Assembly: GCA_030550715.1 (NCBI GenBank)
Contig: JAUQOU010000006.1
Location: forward strand, 2,436 to 66,435
DNA: 64,000 nucleotides
Direction: 5' to 3'
Source of the DNA: a bacterium
Lineage (GTDB): Bacteria; Calescibacteriota; Calescibacteriia; Calescibacteriales; Calescibacteriaceae
Shown here: one piece after another, positions 20,500-30,388 of the stretch
Layout of the letters: each line of letters begins with the position of its first letter
How positions within the stretch are numbered: the first letter of the stretch is position 1
The notes under the pieces: model-generated
What the model was told of the DNA's origin: nothing
Databases searched by the model: none
What the model saw: only the letters and a program-made list of their open reading frames with translations
Position numbers and translations under genes: made by a program

Positions 20500-21549
20500 A
20501 TGGAACTTCAGGAGAAGGAAAGAAAAATCGTAGAAGTAATACGCGCTCTCAAAAAAGTCAATTACCCAGGATATTCCAGAGATATAATATCTTTCGGGTT
20601 CCTGAAAAAAATTGATATTGATGATAACCTTGACCTATTCCTTGACCTTGAAGTATCAACTGGAAAAGAAGAAGTTGTAAAAGAGATAGAAGAGAAAGTG
20701 AAGCAAGTTCTGAGTGAAATAAAATGGATAAATAAAATCAATCTTTCAGTAAGGAAAAAAGAGGTATTTACAAGACAGCAGATACCTATAAAAGGCAAGG
20801 CGATAGCGATATACTCAACAAAAGGAGGAGTTGGGAAATCAACAATTGCGGTAAACTTAGCATATACATTTCACCTTTTGGGTCTTAAAACTTCTCTGCT
20901 TGACCTTGATGTGCATGGACCATCAATACCCAAAATGACAGCTACGATTGACTATGAGCCATATTCTCCTGACGGGAAGAGCATAATGCCCGCAGAAAAA
21001 AACGGAGTAAAAATTATGTCCCTTGGATACATGGCAAAAGGAGATACAGCAGTAGTGTGGAGGGGACCGATGGTCATAAAAGCGTTCAGAACCCTGCTTT
21101 TTTCGACACTGTGGGAAGACACAGAAATTTTAGTTATAGACCTTCCCCCCGGCTCAGGAGATGTCCAGCTTTCTCTCGCACAGGAAGCAAAAATAGATTC
21201 AATAGTTATGATAACCACACCACAGGAGGTCGCTCTTGAAGATGTGAGAAGAGGAATTTCAATGTTCAGAAAACTCGGTGTCCCCATAGCAGGAATAATT
21301 GAAAACATGTCATACTTTGAGTGTGAATGTGGAAGAAGGCACTACATCTTCGGAAAAGGCGGAGGAGAAAAATTGGCAAAAGAATACGGAATTGAGGTCA
21401 TCGGTCAAATACCAATAGACCCTCTCCTTATGTCATCTTCCGATAGCGGTAATATCTTCGTGCTCCAAAACTCAGAATCAAAAACAAAAGAAGCATTTTT
21501 TCAGATAGCGGAAAAAATACTAGAAAAACTGAATATAAAAACGCATTAA
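20500..21549 (+). CDS. apbC: Fe-S cluster carrier ATPase (Mrp/ApbC/NBP35 family)
   Basis: N-terminal MIP18/DUF59-like domain, deviant Walker A STKGGVGKST, and CxxC (CECGRRH). Confidence 0.9.
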   Translation: MELQEKERKIVEVIRALKKVNYPGYSRDIISFGFLKKIDIDDNLDLFLDLEVSTGKEEVVKEIEEKVKQVLSEIKWINKINLSVRKKEVFTRQQIPIKGKAIAIYSTKGGVGKSTIAVNLAYTFHLLGLKTSLLDLDVHGPSIPKMTATIDYEPYSPDGKSIMPAEKNGVKIMSLGYMAKGDTAVVWRGPMVIKAFRTLLFSTLWEDTEILVIDLPPGSGDVQLSLAQEAKIDSIVMITTPQEVALEDVRRGISMFRKLGVPIAGIIENMSYFECECGRRHYIFGKGGGEKLAKEYGIEVIGQIPIDPLLMSSSDSGNIFVLQNSESKTKEAFFQIAEKILEKLNIKTH

Positions 21550-21568
21550 ACCACCACTGCAAACTCTC

Positions 21569-22684
21569 ATGATAACTATAAAAAAATTTTTATATTTGTG
21601 GTTTGTTATCTCAGTAATTCAATTTTCATGCGGTAAAAAAGAAAGTGTATCTGATTCAGAAAAACTGAAAAACCTTATAATTTCAGAAGGAAAAAAGATA
21701 GCAAAACCAGATGAAGGTCTCATCTCGTCAAAAATAGTTCAACACATATTCAGAGATTATCTCAAAAACATAACCGATATATATTATTATGAGGGTTTAA
21801 CAGAGGAGCAGATAAAGTTAGACCTGAACCTGTTTTTTGTTAATGAAAATGTTTATCTTTTACCTTTCAACTGCGGAAAAAATATCTCCTGTCCGAAAAT
21901 AAAATGCAATATTTCTGAAAACACATCAAATATAGAAGTAGAAGGAAATTGCTTCAACGACTTTTTTGTTTTTCTCGGAAAATCAAAATTCAGCTCAAAA
22001 TCAGAAAAAAGCAACTCACGATTAGAATTTGAATACAAAGCAGAATTCCAAAACTGGGAGATAAAAATCGTAGGAAAAGAAGAATACATAGATTACATAG
22101 GGAACATAAATTTTTCTCTATCAAGAGGAGATGAGAATTTCAAAGCGCAAAGGAGCATAAATTTAGACGGCATAGTCAATTCAGAATACTTCGGATATTC
22201 AGGATTGAAATTTCAGCAGATTTTTGAACACCAATCTTTCGCTTCCGCATCCACAAAATCTATAACACAAAAACTATATGAATACAGAAATCCCTTCTGT
22301 GTCATAATAATATCAGATGAGAAAAATCCACAATTTGCATGTTCAAGGGACTTCACAGCAAGAGAAATCTCCATTTACGAAAACCGCAAAGATGAAGAGA
22401 ATATAGTTCTTGAAATAAGCGGGAAAGAGTTTGACACTTTCAACATTGGTGGTGAGTTAAGATGGGTTTCAACAGAACAAAACATAAAAATAGAATTCAA
22501 TCAAAAAAAGTGCATAAAAATTGATGGGAACTTAAAAATCAGCTCGGAGGAAGAAGAACTAAACTCTATATTTGTTCAAAAGACCTTTGAAGATAGGGAA
22601 TGTGATTTAACCTGCCCATCAAAATGGGAGTACAAAGTTAAGGGGAAAACATATCAGGGAACTGGTTGCATATTTGAAAAATAG
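21569..22684 (+). CDS. Cys-rich lipoprotein, unknown function
   Basis: 371 aa. Lipobox VIQFSC|GKK. Cys cluster NCGKNISCPKIKCN...GNC and a C-terminal Cys module (KKCIKIDGNLKIS...RECDLTCP...GTGC). Starts 19 nt after the mrp stop. Confidence 0.75.
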   Translation: MITIKKFLYLWFVISVIQFSCGKKESVSDSEKLKNLIISEGKKIAKPDEGLISSKIVQHIFRDYLKNITDIYYYEGLTEEQIKLDLNLFFVNENVYLLPFNCGKNISCPKIKCNISENTSNIEVEGNCFNDFFVFLGKSKFSSKSEKSNSRLEFEYKAEFQNWEIKIVGKEEYIDYIGNINFSLSRGDENFKAQRSINLDGIVNSEYFGYSGLKFQQIFEHQSFASASTKSITQKLYEYRNPFCVIIISDEKNPQFACSRDFTAREISIYENRKDEENIVLEISGKEFDTFNIGGELRWVSTEQNIKIEFNQKKCIKIDGNLKISSEEEELNSIFVQKTFEDRECDLTCPSKWEYKVKGKTYQGTGCIFEK

Positions 22685-22707
22685 CAGATCTACTTTTCAG
22701 AGAGTTT

Positions 22708-24087
22708 TTATGATGAGATGAAATTGAGGGCATCTTCAAGAGCTCTCATTTTGCTTTCGGTCTCAAAAAACTCTCTTTCAGGTTGAGAGTAAAAAACAAT
22801 TCCAGCTCCTGCCTGTATTCTCATTTTATTCTTGTTGAAGAACGCAGTCCTTATAAGTATCGCGGTATCTATGTTCCCATCAGCGGAGAAATAACCAACT
22901 GCTCCTGCATAAGGTCCTCTCTTTTCTTTTTCAAGTTCAGCTATTATCTTAGCCGCCTCTATTTTTGGAGCTCCAACGACTGTTCCCGCTGGGAAAGATG
23001 CTCTGAAAACTTCAAGCTCACTCACCCCATCTCTGACCTCACCTTCAACCTCAGAAACAATATGCATAACCCGAGAGTATTTTTCTATTACCCCTAACTT
23101 CTTAACTCTTACCGTTCCGGGGGAGCATACTCTTCCAAGGTCGTTTCTCGCAAGGTCAACAAGCATAACATGCTCTGCCATCTCCTTCTCATCAGAAAGA
23201 AGTTCGGCTTCAAGTTTTTTATCTTCTTCTTCTGTTTCTCCTCTTTTTCTCGTTCCAGCTATCGGGCGAACCTCTGCTTTCCTACCCTCAACTCTCACAA
23301 GAACTTCGGGAGAAGTCCCAACTATTTTTATATCTCCGAAATCAAGAATATACATGTAAGGAGATGGATTTTTCAACCTGAGGATTCTATAAAAAGATAG
23401 TGCGGAGGCAGATGAAAGCTCAAACTCCTTAGCTCTTGACAAAACAACCTGAATACAATCGCCATCGTATATCCTCTTTATAGCTTTTCTTACAATATCT
23501 TCAAACTCTTTTTTTCCGGTCTTATCAATGGCTCTATTTAACTTTATTTTAGCGACCTCTGGATTCACACTCTGGTGCGAAACTTTCAATATATCACCTA
23601 TACTTACATCCTCTGAAACAAGAATAACATCTTTTTTCACATTATCAAATATCAAAAAGTTCGGAGTGAAGACCAAAATAGAATCAGGGAAACCTGGGTC
23701 TTCTTTTCCGGAGAATGTATCTAATTTTTCAAATTCAGAAAAGACATCGTAGCTTATGTATCCTACAAGTCCGAAAGGTAATCTGTTTATACCTTCGCGT
23801 TTTTTAAATTCATCAAGAAAATCAAGGTATTTTGATTTGATTTCCCGCATCTTCTCACTGATAATGTCAATAAGTGAAGATTTTTTTGCTTTCCTTCCAG
23901 ATTCTTTAATATTGTATACTATTTTCGTTTTTGGTTCTCCGAAGCCCAAAAAAGAGTATCTCCCCCATTTTTCCTGCTCCTCAGCGCTTTCAAGCAGATA
24001 AATTGGATTAAAGCCAGCTTGCTTCAGCTTCATAAAAAGAGAAATTGGCGTCTCGGTATCAAGAAGAGCTTTTTGATATTTTATCAT
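22708..24087 (-). CDS. trpE: Anthranilate synthase component I
   Basis: 459 aa. N-terminal LLESAE...GRYSFLGF feedback-site motif and chorismate-binding blocks (LVDLARNDLGRVC, GAPKIEA, RGPYAGAVGY). Confidence 0.85.
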   Translation of the reverse strand: MIKYQKALLDTETPISLFMKLKQAGFNPIYLLESAEEQEKWGRYSFLGFGEPKTKIVYNIKESGRKAKKSSLIDIISEKMREIKSKYLDFLDEFKKREGINRLPFGLVGYISYDVFSEFEKLDTFSGKEDPGFPDSILVFTPNFLIFDNVKKDVILVSEDVSIGDILKVSHQSVNPEVAKIKLNRAIDKTGKKEFEDIVRKAIKRIYDGDCIQVVLSRAKEFELSSASALSFYRILRLKNPSPYMYILDFGDIKIVGTSPEVLVRVEGRKAEVRPIAGTRKRGETEEEDKKLEAELLSDEKEMAEHVMLVDLARNDLGRVCSPGTVRVKKLGVIEKYSRVMHIVSEVEGEVRDGVSELEVFRASFPAGTVVGAPKIEAAKIIAELEKEKRGPYAGAVGYFSADGNIDTAILIRTAFFNKNKMRIQAGAGIVFYSQPEREFFETESKMRALEDALNFISS

Positions 24088-24174
24088 GACACAAATTTAA
24101 CTATAAGATAAACACTTAAAATCAGGTGAAAAATCAAAGGTAAAGATAAAGAAATATAAATAACGAATTCAGGT

Positions 24175-25356
24175 TCAGTATATTTCAAGCAACCTTTTTG
24201 CTATCACTTCTTCCTGAATTTCAGATGTACCTTCAAATATTTTGAAAAGTCGTCCATCTCTCCAATATCTTTCTATCTCGTATTCTTTTGAGTATCCGTA
24301 TCCTCCGAATATCTGCATAGCTTCTGATGTGACATATTCAACCATTTCTGCGGCGAAAAGTTTAGCCATTCCTGCTTCAAGGTCGCACCTTTTTCCTGTA
24401 TCTTTCATTCTGCAAGCGTAGTATGTGAGCTGTCTCGCTGCTTCTATATATGTCATCATTTTAGCGAGTTTAGAACGGATAAGCTGAAACTCAGCTATCG
24501 GTTTTCCGAACTGATATCTTTCTTTTGAGTATTTTAATGCGAGTTCAAAGGCACCCTGAGCAACTCCAACAGCTCTTGCTGCTGTCTGAATCCTTGCCGA
24601 CTCATAAGTTGCCATAAGCTGATAAAAACCTTTACCAGGCTCACCCCCAAGAAGATTTTCGTCCGGGACAAAACAATCTTCAAAGTGTAGCGTCCAGCAG
24701 TGCATACCGTGATACCCCACCGTCTCTATAAGCTCACCATGTATGTTCGGATGTTTTATTTTCTCATGAGCTTCAGATGGCTCTTTCTCAACAATAAAAA
24801 TTGATAGCCCGAGGTGTCTTTTTGGTGGATTAGGGTCAGTTCTCGCAAGAACGACGAGTATATTTGCTCTGTTTGCAAATGTGCACCAGGTTTTTGTCCC
24901 GTTCAGAATCCATCCACCTTTTACTTTTTCTGCTTTGAGTTTCATACCTGCTGTATCACTTCCCGCATTAGGTTCAGTAAAAGCAGCTGCAGCAAAAATT
25001 TCTCCGCGAGCAAGAGGTGGAAGATACTTTTTCTTCTGTTCGTCCAACCCATTGTTCAGAAGTAGGGTTTCGGCTATTATGTTTCGTGTCATAACGCTTC
25101 CGACAGAGAGCCAGACCCGAGAAAGTTCTTCTGCAACAATAGCCATACTCATATAGTCAAGCCCTAATCCTCCCCATTCCTCTGGGACAAGTATTCCGAA
25201 GTAACCAAGATGAGCCATCTTTCTCAATATCTCCCATGGTATTTCTTTATCTTCTCTATCGTATTTATGAGCTATGGGTTTTACCTCGTTTTCAGCAAAC
25301 TCTCTGACCTGCCTTCGTATCTCATCGTAGAACTTGCCGTCTCTTACGACCTCCAT
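24175..25356 (-). CDS. Acyl-CoA dehydrogenase
   Basis: 393 aa. ACAD blocks (FTEPNAGSD, GTKTWCT, QIFGGYGYSKEYEIERYWRD, FEGTSEIQ). Confidence 0.9.
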   Translation of the reverse strand: MEVVRDGKFYDEIRRQVREFAENEVKPIAHKYDREDKEIPWEILRKMAHLGYFGILVPEEWGGLGLDYMSMAIVAEELSRVWLSVGSVMTRNIIAETLLLNNGLDEQKKKYLPPLARGEIFAAAAFTEPNAGSDTAGMKLKAEKVKGGWILNGTKTWCTFANRANILVVLARTDPNPPKRHLGLSIFIVEKEPSEAHEKIKHPNIHGELIETVGYHGMHCWTLHFEDCFVPDENLLGGEPGKGFYQLMATYESARIQTAARAVGVAQGAFELALKYSKERYQFGKPIAEFQLIRSKLAKMMTYIEAARQLTYYACRMKDTGKRCDLEAGMAKLFAAEMVEYVTSEAMQIFGGYGYSKEYEIERYWRDGRLFKIFEGTSEIQEEVIAKRLLEIY

Positions 25357-25412
25357 AAAACTCTGTCCCTCCTCACCAGTTTATAGTTAATAGTTTATAT
25401 TTTAGAAATGGT

Positions 25413-26549
25413 CTAAATTTTTGCAATTTTCAAAACTCGTGGAGCAAAAATAAAAGAAACTATACCCGAAAAAATCAAAACCAAAACCATATTGAAAACC
25501 GATGTTGCAAGCTTTTCTCCGAGCAGGGGAATGAGAACAAAGGAAAACTCACCTCTTGGTAGAAAAGAAAGACCCGCCCGTAAAGAAGCATAAAAGCTCA
25601 GACCAAAAACTCTTGCTCCAAAATAAGTAGATAAGAACTTCAAAATCAACGCGAGAAAAATCAAAGAAAAAAACTCAAAATGAGAAACCTGAACCCTTAC
25701 ATCTAACCCTATGCGATACGAGAAAAAGAAGAAAAATAGACCGACAGAAAGGTCTTTTATGGAAGATAAAGATGATTCTATCTTGTGCTTAACCTTTGTA
25801 TCAGGTATTACCACACCAAGCAAAAATGAAGACACCACCTCAGAAAAACCGATTGCCTTGGCACCAAAAGAAACCAAAATCACAGCCCCGAAAATCAAAA
25901 AAATAAAAATATCCTCTTCTGACATCCTATCAAGAACAAAACTAAACCTGTTGAAAATGAGCGAAAGGATATAGAAAAACAAGAAGACGAGAATCATCTT
26001 CAAGAAGATCAAGCCGGAACTCAATCCTAACTCTCCGCCTTCTGTAAAAGAGTAAAAAAAGCTCAGAAAAATTATAATCACGAGGTCTTCAAAAATAAGA
26101 AGGTTTATAAGAAAATCGGTCTCGGGATTTGCTACACTTCTTGTATCAATTATGAGCTTGGTCACTACTGCGGTACTTGTAGGATATAAAACCGCTGACA
26201 CTAAAAAAGAATCCCTGAAAGCAAAACCAAAAAATAAAATCAAAATTAAAAAAAGAATTATGAAGTTAAAAGAAAAATCAATCAAGCCCGGAAGAATTAT
26301 TCTTTTCATTCTCAAAAGCTTTTCAAAACTATACTCAAGACCTATAAAAAAGAAAAGTAGAGTTAAACCGAGATCTTCAAAAATTTTCAGATGCACCAGC
26401 TCATCTTTCAGGAACAAGAACTTCCCCAAAATTCCACATATTATAAAAGAGATAATGTAAGGAATTCCACCGAAACGCAGAAAAAAAGGGATCAGGAAAA
26501 GTATAAAAAAGACAAGTCCTGATTTTGGAGAAAAATGCTCTTCCGTCAT
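25413..26549 (-). CDS. Cation:proton antiporter (CPA2/Kef-type membrane domain)
   Basis: 378 aa with about 11-12 hydrophobic helices. 4-bp overlap with the upstream TrkA_C regulator gene. Confidence 0.75.
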   Translation of the reverse strand: MTEEHFSPKSGLVFFILFLIPFFLRFGGIPYIISFIICGILGKFLFLKDELVHLKIFEDLGLTLLFFFIGLEYSFEKLLRMKRIILPGLIDFSFNFIILFLILILFFGFAFRDSFLVSAVLYPTSTAVVTKLIIDTRSVANPETDFLINLLIFEDLVIIIFLSFFYSFTEGGELGLSSGLIFLKMILVFLFFYILSLIFNRFSFVLDRMSEEDIFIFLIFGAVILVSFGAKAIGFSEVVSSFLLGVVIPDTKVKHKIESSLSSIKDLSVGLFFFFFSYRIGLDVRVQVSHFEFFSLIFLALILKFLSTYFGARVFGLSFYASLRAGLSFLPRGEFSFVLIPLLGEKLATSVFNMVLVLIFSGIVSFIFAPRVLKIAKI

Positions 26550-27055
26550 GTCAAAGAAAACTCCTTACAGTAGTCAAGAAAATTTCTTATGCTCTCAACC
26601 GTCCCAACTATAATCAGAGTATCTCCTTCAAGTATCATCTCATCTGGGCCAGGACCTGGGATAACCTTATCATCTCGTATTATTGATATAATGGTCACAC
26701 CGGTTTTTTTTCTTATCTGATTTTCTCCTATTGATTTTCCGGCAAGTGGTGAGCCCTTTTTGACTTTCACCCACTCCATTATCATCTCGCGAGTTATGTT
26801 TTTTGTTTTTTCAGCAGGGATTGGTTGAAACTCAGCACCTGCGAGAACAAAAGCAAGCTGTCTCGCTTCATCGTCTTTCATCGCAACAGAAAAAAGCGGT
26901 TCCTCTCTCTTCCTATCTAAAAAATAAACCTCTCTCTTTCCGGTGTTGTATATTATCACAACGAGTTTATCTCCGCTGTCAAACTCAAATGTGTATTTCA
27001 TTCCGAGACCCGGCAGTTCGGCTTCTTTACACTTGCCCATAAATTTTTCTGCCAA
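26546..27055 (-). CDS. TrkA_C-domain antiporter regulatory subunit (KhtT-like)
   Basis: 169 aa. C-terminal TrkA_C-like segment (GKSIGENQIRKKTGVTIISIIRDDKVIPGPGPDEMILEGDTLIIVG). Translationally coupled to the antiporter gene. Confidence 0.7.
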   Translation of the reverse strand: MAEKFMGKCKEAELPGLGMKYTFEFDSGDKLVVIIYNTGKREVYFLDRKREEPLFSVAMKDDEARQLAFVLAGAEFQPIPAEKTKNITREMIMEWVKVKKGSPLAGKSIGENQIRKKTGVTIISIIRDDKVIPGPGPDEMILEGDTLIIVGTVESIRNFLDYCKEFSLT

Positions 27056-27180
27056 ACTTTAATTCAAATTAAACCAAAAATATCAAAAAACAAATAAAAG
27101 CAATCAGTAAAAATCTCAATAAACCAACATTAAATTTTACTATATGAAGCTATTTCATAAGATTCTTGTTCTCTCCATCT

Positions 27181-27489
27181 TTATTGTGATATCTTCAAGA
27201 GGAAAACAGCAAAATTTAAAATATCTGCTAAAACAAACCTTTCTTTTTCTGACTCTCCTTTGTAGAATTTTCTGAAGCTCTCTATCATATCAGTTGCTCT
27301 ATCAACTAACTCCGCAATCTTCCGAAACTTTTCTGCTGAATTCGGGTCAATAGTCAATCTCTCTCCAATCTGCGCATTTCCTTTTATAGCTGTGAGATAA
27401 CTTCTTATGTGATGAATGATAGATGGGGTAAGAAGTCCAATATCAGCTAAAATCTGAATTCTTTCCAGCTCTGATTTTCTCATTCCCAA
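27181..27489 (-). CDS. Stand-alone histidine-kinase DHp (HisKA-like) domain protein
   Basis: 102 aa. H-box-like IIHHIRSYLTAIKGNAQIG. The protein ends where an HATPase_c domain would start, and only 125 nt of non-coding sequence follow. Confidence 0.5.
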   Translation of the reverse strand: MGMRKSELERIQILADIGLLTPSIIHHIRSYLTAIKGNAQIGERLTIDPNSAEKFRKIAELVDRATDMIESFRKFYKGESEKERFVLADILNFAVFLLKISQ

Positions 27490-27606
27490 CTAAAAAAATT
27501 TATTATTCCGCTGTAAAGTTTTCAAAAATAAAATCAAAACTTTTCAACTTAATTTATCTTTTAATTTCAACTTATCTTTAATTTTTAAGCTACGAGGTGC
27601 AATAAT

Positions 27607-29040
27607 ATGAAAGACATTTTGAGAAAAAAAACATACGATGTTGAAAAGACACAATTTGTAAGAAAGTTAGGTCTGATTGACCTGACATCAATAGGTATAG
27701 GTGCAATCATAGGTGCTGGAATATTTGTTATAACGGGGCAAGTCGCAGCAAACTACACCGGTCCAGCCATAGTTCTTTCTTTCGCTCTTGCTGGACTCAC
27801 AGTAGCGGTAAGCGCACTTGTGTATGCTGAGCTCAGCTCAAGATTCCCTGTTGCTGGAAGCTCTTATAGCTACACATACGCATCTCTTGGAGAGTTCCTC
27901 GCATGGATTGTCGGGTGGGACCTGCTTTTAGAGTACGGCGTATCTACCGCAGCAGTAGCAAGCGGTTGGTCTGGATACTTCCGCTCCCTCCTTGAAAAAA
28001 ACTTCGGAATAACCCTTCCAGATATAATAAGTGGGAAAGTCAAAATTTTCTGGCATTTCCACTTCGACCTCATTGCAATGTTGATAGTAATTGCAATATT
28101 TATCCTCCTTTTTATAGGTATAAAAGAAAGCTCAAATGTGAATATCTTTATTGTCTTTGTGAAATTGTTCACTCTCACACTCTTTCTTGTGGTAAGTTTG
28201 ATATTTATAGGTATAAACAAAGAGAACCTTTCACCATTTATACCACCAGAAGGAACAAATTTTAAGGGAGAAAGAGCTTTTGGATTGTTCGGCATACTCC
28301 GAGGTGCAAGCATAATTATTTTTGCCTACCTTGGCTTTGACGCTGTCTCTACCGTTGCAGAAGAAACAAAAAACCCAAGAAAAACAGTCCCCCTCGGAAT
28401 AATCCTCTCACTTCTCATAAGCACAATTTTTTATATACTTGTGAGCTTTTCCCTCACAGCAATAGTCCACTACTCAGAACTCAATGTGAACGACCCACTG
28501 GCAAAAGCAATGTACATACACGGATACAACATAATAGGGAACATAATAGCAATCGGAGCAATAATCACAATAACAAGTGTTATGATAACCATGGGAATAG
28601 GTTTCACACGAGTCGCCTACGCTCTCGCAAGAGATGGACTCCTATTCTCACAGTTCGCAAGAGTTCATCCAAAATTCAAAACTCCTTATGTGTCTACTCT
28701 GTTCGGTGGAATATTTCTGAGCATTCTCGCAGGAACTGTGCCACTCATAGACCTTGTAGAACTTGTAAATGTCGGAACTCTTTTTGCATACTTTATAGCA
28801 GGTGTCTCTGTGCTATACCTGAGAGTGAAGAAAACGCCCGGCGGAACATATAAAGTTCCCCTACCATTTTTACTCATACCGATAAACTTAGCCCTGATAA
28901 TCTTCGTTCTTTCAGGATTACCAAAAATAACATGGATAAGAGTGGTTGTGTGGCACGCCATAGGTTTTATGATATACTTCTTTTATGGATACCGAAACTC
29001 CCGCAAGCTCCAGAAAGAAATAGAAGAAACTCAGGATTGA
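27607..29040 (+). CDS. APC-family amino-acid permease
   Basis: 477 aa, about 12 TM segments. N-terminal signature LGLIDLTSIGIGAIIGAGIFV. Confidence 0.9.
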   Translation: MKDILRKKTYDVEKTQFVRKLGLIDLTSIGIGAIIGAGIFVITGQVAANYTGPAIVLSFALAGLTVAVSALVYAELSSRFPVAGSSYSYTYASLGEFLAWIVGWDLLLEYGVSTAAVASGWSGYFRSLLEKNFGITLPDIISGKVKIFWHFHFDLIAMLIVIAIFILLFIGIKESSNVNIFIVFVKLFTLTLFLVVSLIFIGINKENLSPFIPPEGTNFKGERAFGLFGILRGASIIIFAYLGFDAVSTVAEETKNPRKTVPLGIILSLLISTIFYILVSFSLTAIVHYSELNVNDPLAKAMYIHGYNIIGNIIAIGAIITITSVMITMGIGFTRVAYALARDGLLFSQFARVHPKFKTPYVSTLFGGIFLSILAGTVPLIDLVELVNVGTLFAYFIAGVSVLYLRVKKTPGGTYKVPLPFLLIPINLALIIFVLSGLPKITWIRVVVWHAIGFMIYFFYGYRNSRKLQKEIEETQD

Positions 29041-29057
29041 AAAACATCATCTGTAAA

Positions 29058-30383
29058 TCACTGAAAAAGGGATATTAATGGGAAAATTTCAGGAACAGAT
29101 CCCTCGCATATCATAACGACATAAGAGTTGAAAATAGGGAAAGCACAGCCAGAAAATTTTGGCGGAAAAGATAGTTCTATACCGCTATCTGAAAAGAAGC
29201 AATCCCTCATCAGCTCTACCTTAAAAACCGGAAGGTTATTCATTTTCTTCCCTCCAACCACAATTACATTACCAAAAACCTCAAATGCAGAAAAGTTAAA
29301 TCTTGGCTCAATCATTTTTCCTCCAATCTCAAACCTTTCTCTATCTATATCAAATGATTCACAGTCCGCAATCTCAATCCGATCGTCTGAATAACCTCCG
29401 AATGCGAAAACTTTCTGCCCCACTTTCACAACTACTCCCTCCTTCCTCTTGATCCCCAAGATCTTCTCTCTATATGAAACCTTGAATTTGTTCCCCTCTC
29501 TTATGATGTACAAAATCTCATACTCGCCTTCCTCGGGATAATAAACTAAAATTTTCGCTAATCCTTCTGAAAAATCCAAAATAACCGTATGCGAATTCAG
29601 AGTAATTCCACAGGGAAATGAGATAAAGGGCTTGTTCTCGTAATCAGTCAGAACCTCACAGTATCCCTTATCTTCTCCGCCAGCAATTAAGACATTTTCG
29701 CCCCAGAAAATAGCGTTTGCGCCGCTTCTTGAAATGTTCAAAGGATAGAAATTGAAAGTACCGCTTACAGGATCAAAAAATTCAACTATATTGACCTTAC
29801 CCTGAGAGTTCTGACCACCAGCAATAAAAATTCTACCCGACTTCACAAAGAGCAAAAAGTTCCTCCTTGGAGTAAAGCTTCCAACTCTATCAACTTTCCA
29901 GGTGAGATAGTCAAGTTTAAATATCTCTCCGAACTCGGTAAAAACAAAGAGGTTGTTCTCCATCTCAACAAGTGAAACCCAAGTTTCAGTTCTTATACCT
30001 GGTCTGAAAAGAGGAAAAAGAACAGATTTTTTAGGAATAACAAGAACTGAAACACTGTTATTTTTTTTGACAGAAAAGATCGGACTAACTCCTTCTGCAA
30101 TAAACGAGTTATCTTTTTTTGCTCTCAAAAGAACTCTCATTTTTTCGGGATAGTTTTTCAGCTCAACGCTCCGATAAGGTTGAAGTTCAGATACATAAAA
30201 AATCTTCCCGCTTTCGTCCAGAACAGCAAGCTCTACACTATCGTAAAAAACCGGAAAAATTCTCTCTATCTTTACATCAAGATTGAGATTACCATTTTTA
30301 GAACACGAAAGAAGGAACAAAATGAGTAGAGAGAATATACGGAATCTTATCTTCTTTAAAATTTTTTCTTCTATCATACTCAA
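29058..30383 (-). CDS. Kelch-repeat-like beta-propeller lipoprotein
   Basis: 441 aa. Lipobox LFLLSC|SKN. Repeated Kelch-like units (RIFIAGGQNSQGKVNIVEFFDP, NVLIAGGEDKG, KVFAFGGYSDDRIEIADCESFD, NVIVVGGKK). Confidence 0.55.
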   Translation of the reverse strand: MSMIEEKILKKIRFRIFSLLILFLLSCSKNGNLNLDVKIERIFPVFYDSVELAVLDESGKIFYVSELQPYRSVELKNYPEKMRVLLRAKKDNSFIAEGVSPIFSVKKNNSVSVLVIPKKSVLFPLFRPGIRTETWVSLVEMENNLFVFTEFGEIFKLDYLTWKVDRVGSFTPRRNFLLFVKSGRIFIAGGQNSQGKVNIVEFFDPVSGTFNFYPLNISRSGANAIFWGENVLIAGGEDKGYCEVLTDYENKPFISFPCGITLNSHTVILDFSEGLAKILVYYPEEGEYEILYIIREGNKFKVSYREKILGIKRKEGVVVKVGQKVFAFGGYSDDRIEIADCESFDIDRERFEIGGKMIEPRFNFSAFEVFGNVIVVGGKKMNNLPVFKVELMRDCFFSDSGIELSFPPKFSGCAFPIFNSYVVMICEGSVPEIFPLISLFQ

Positions 30384-30388
30384 TTATA

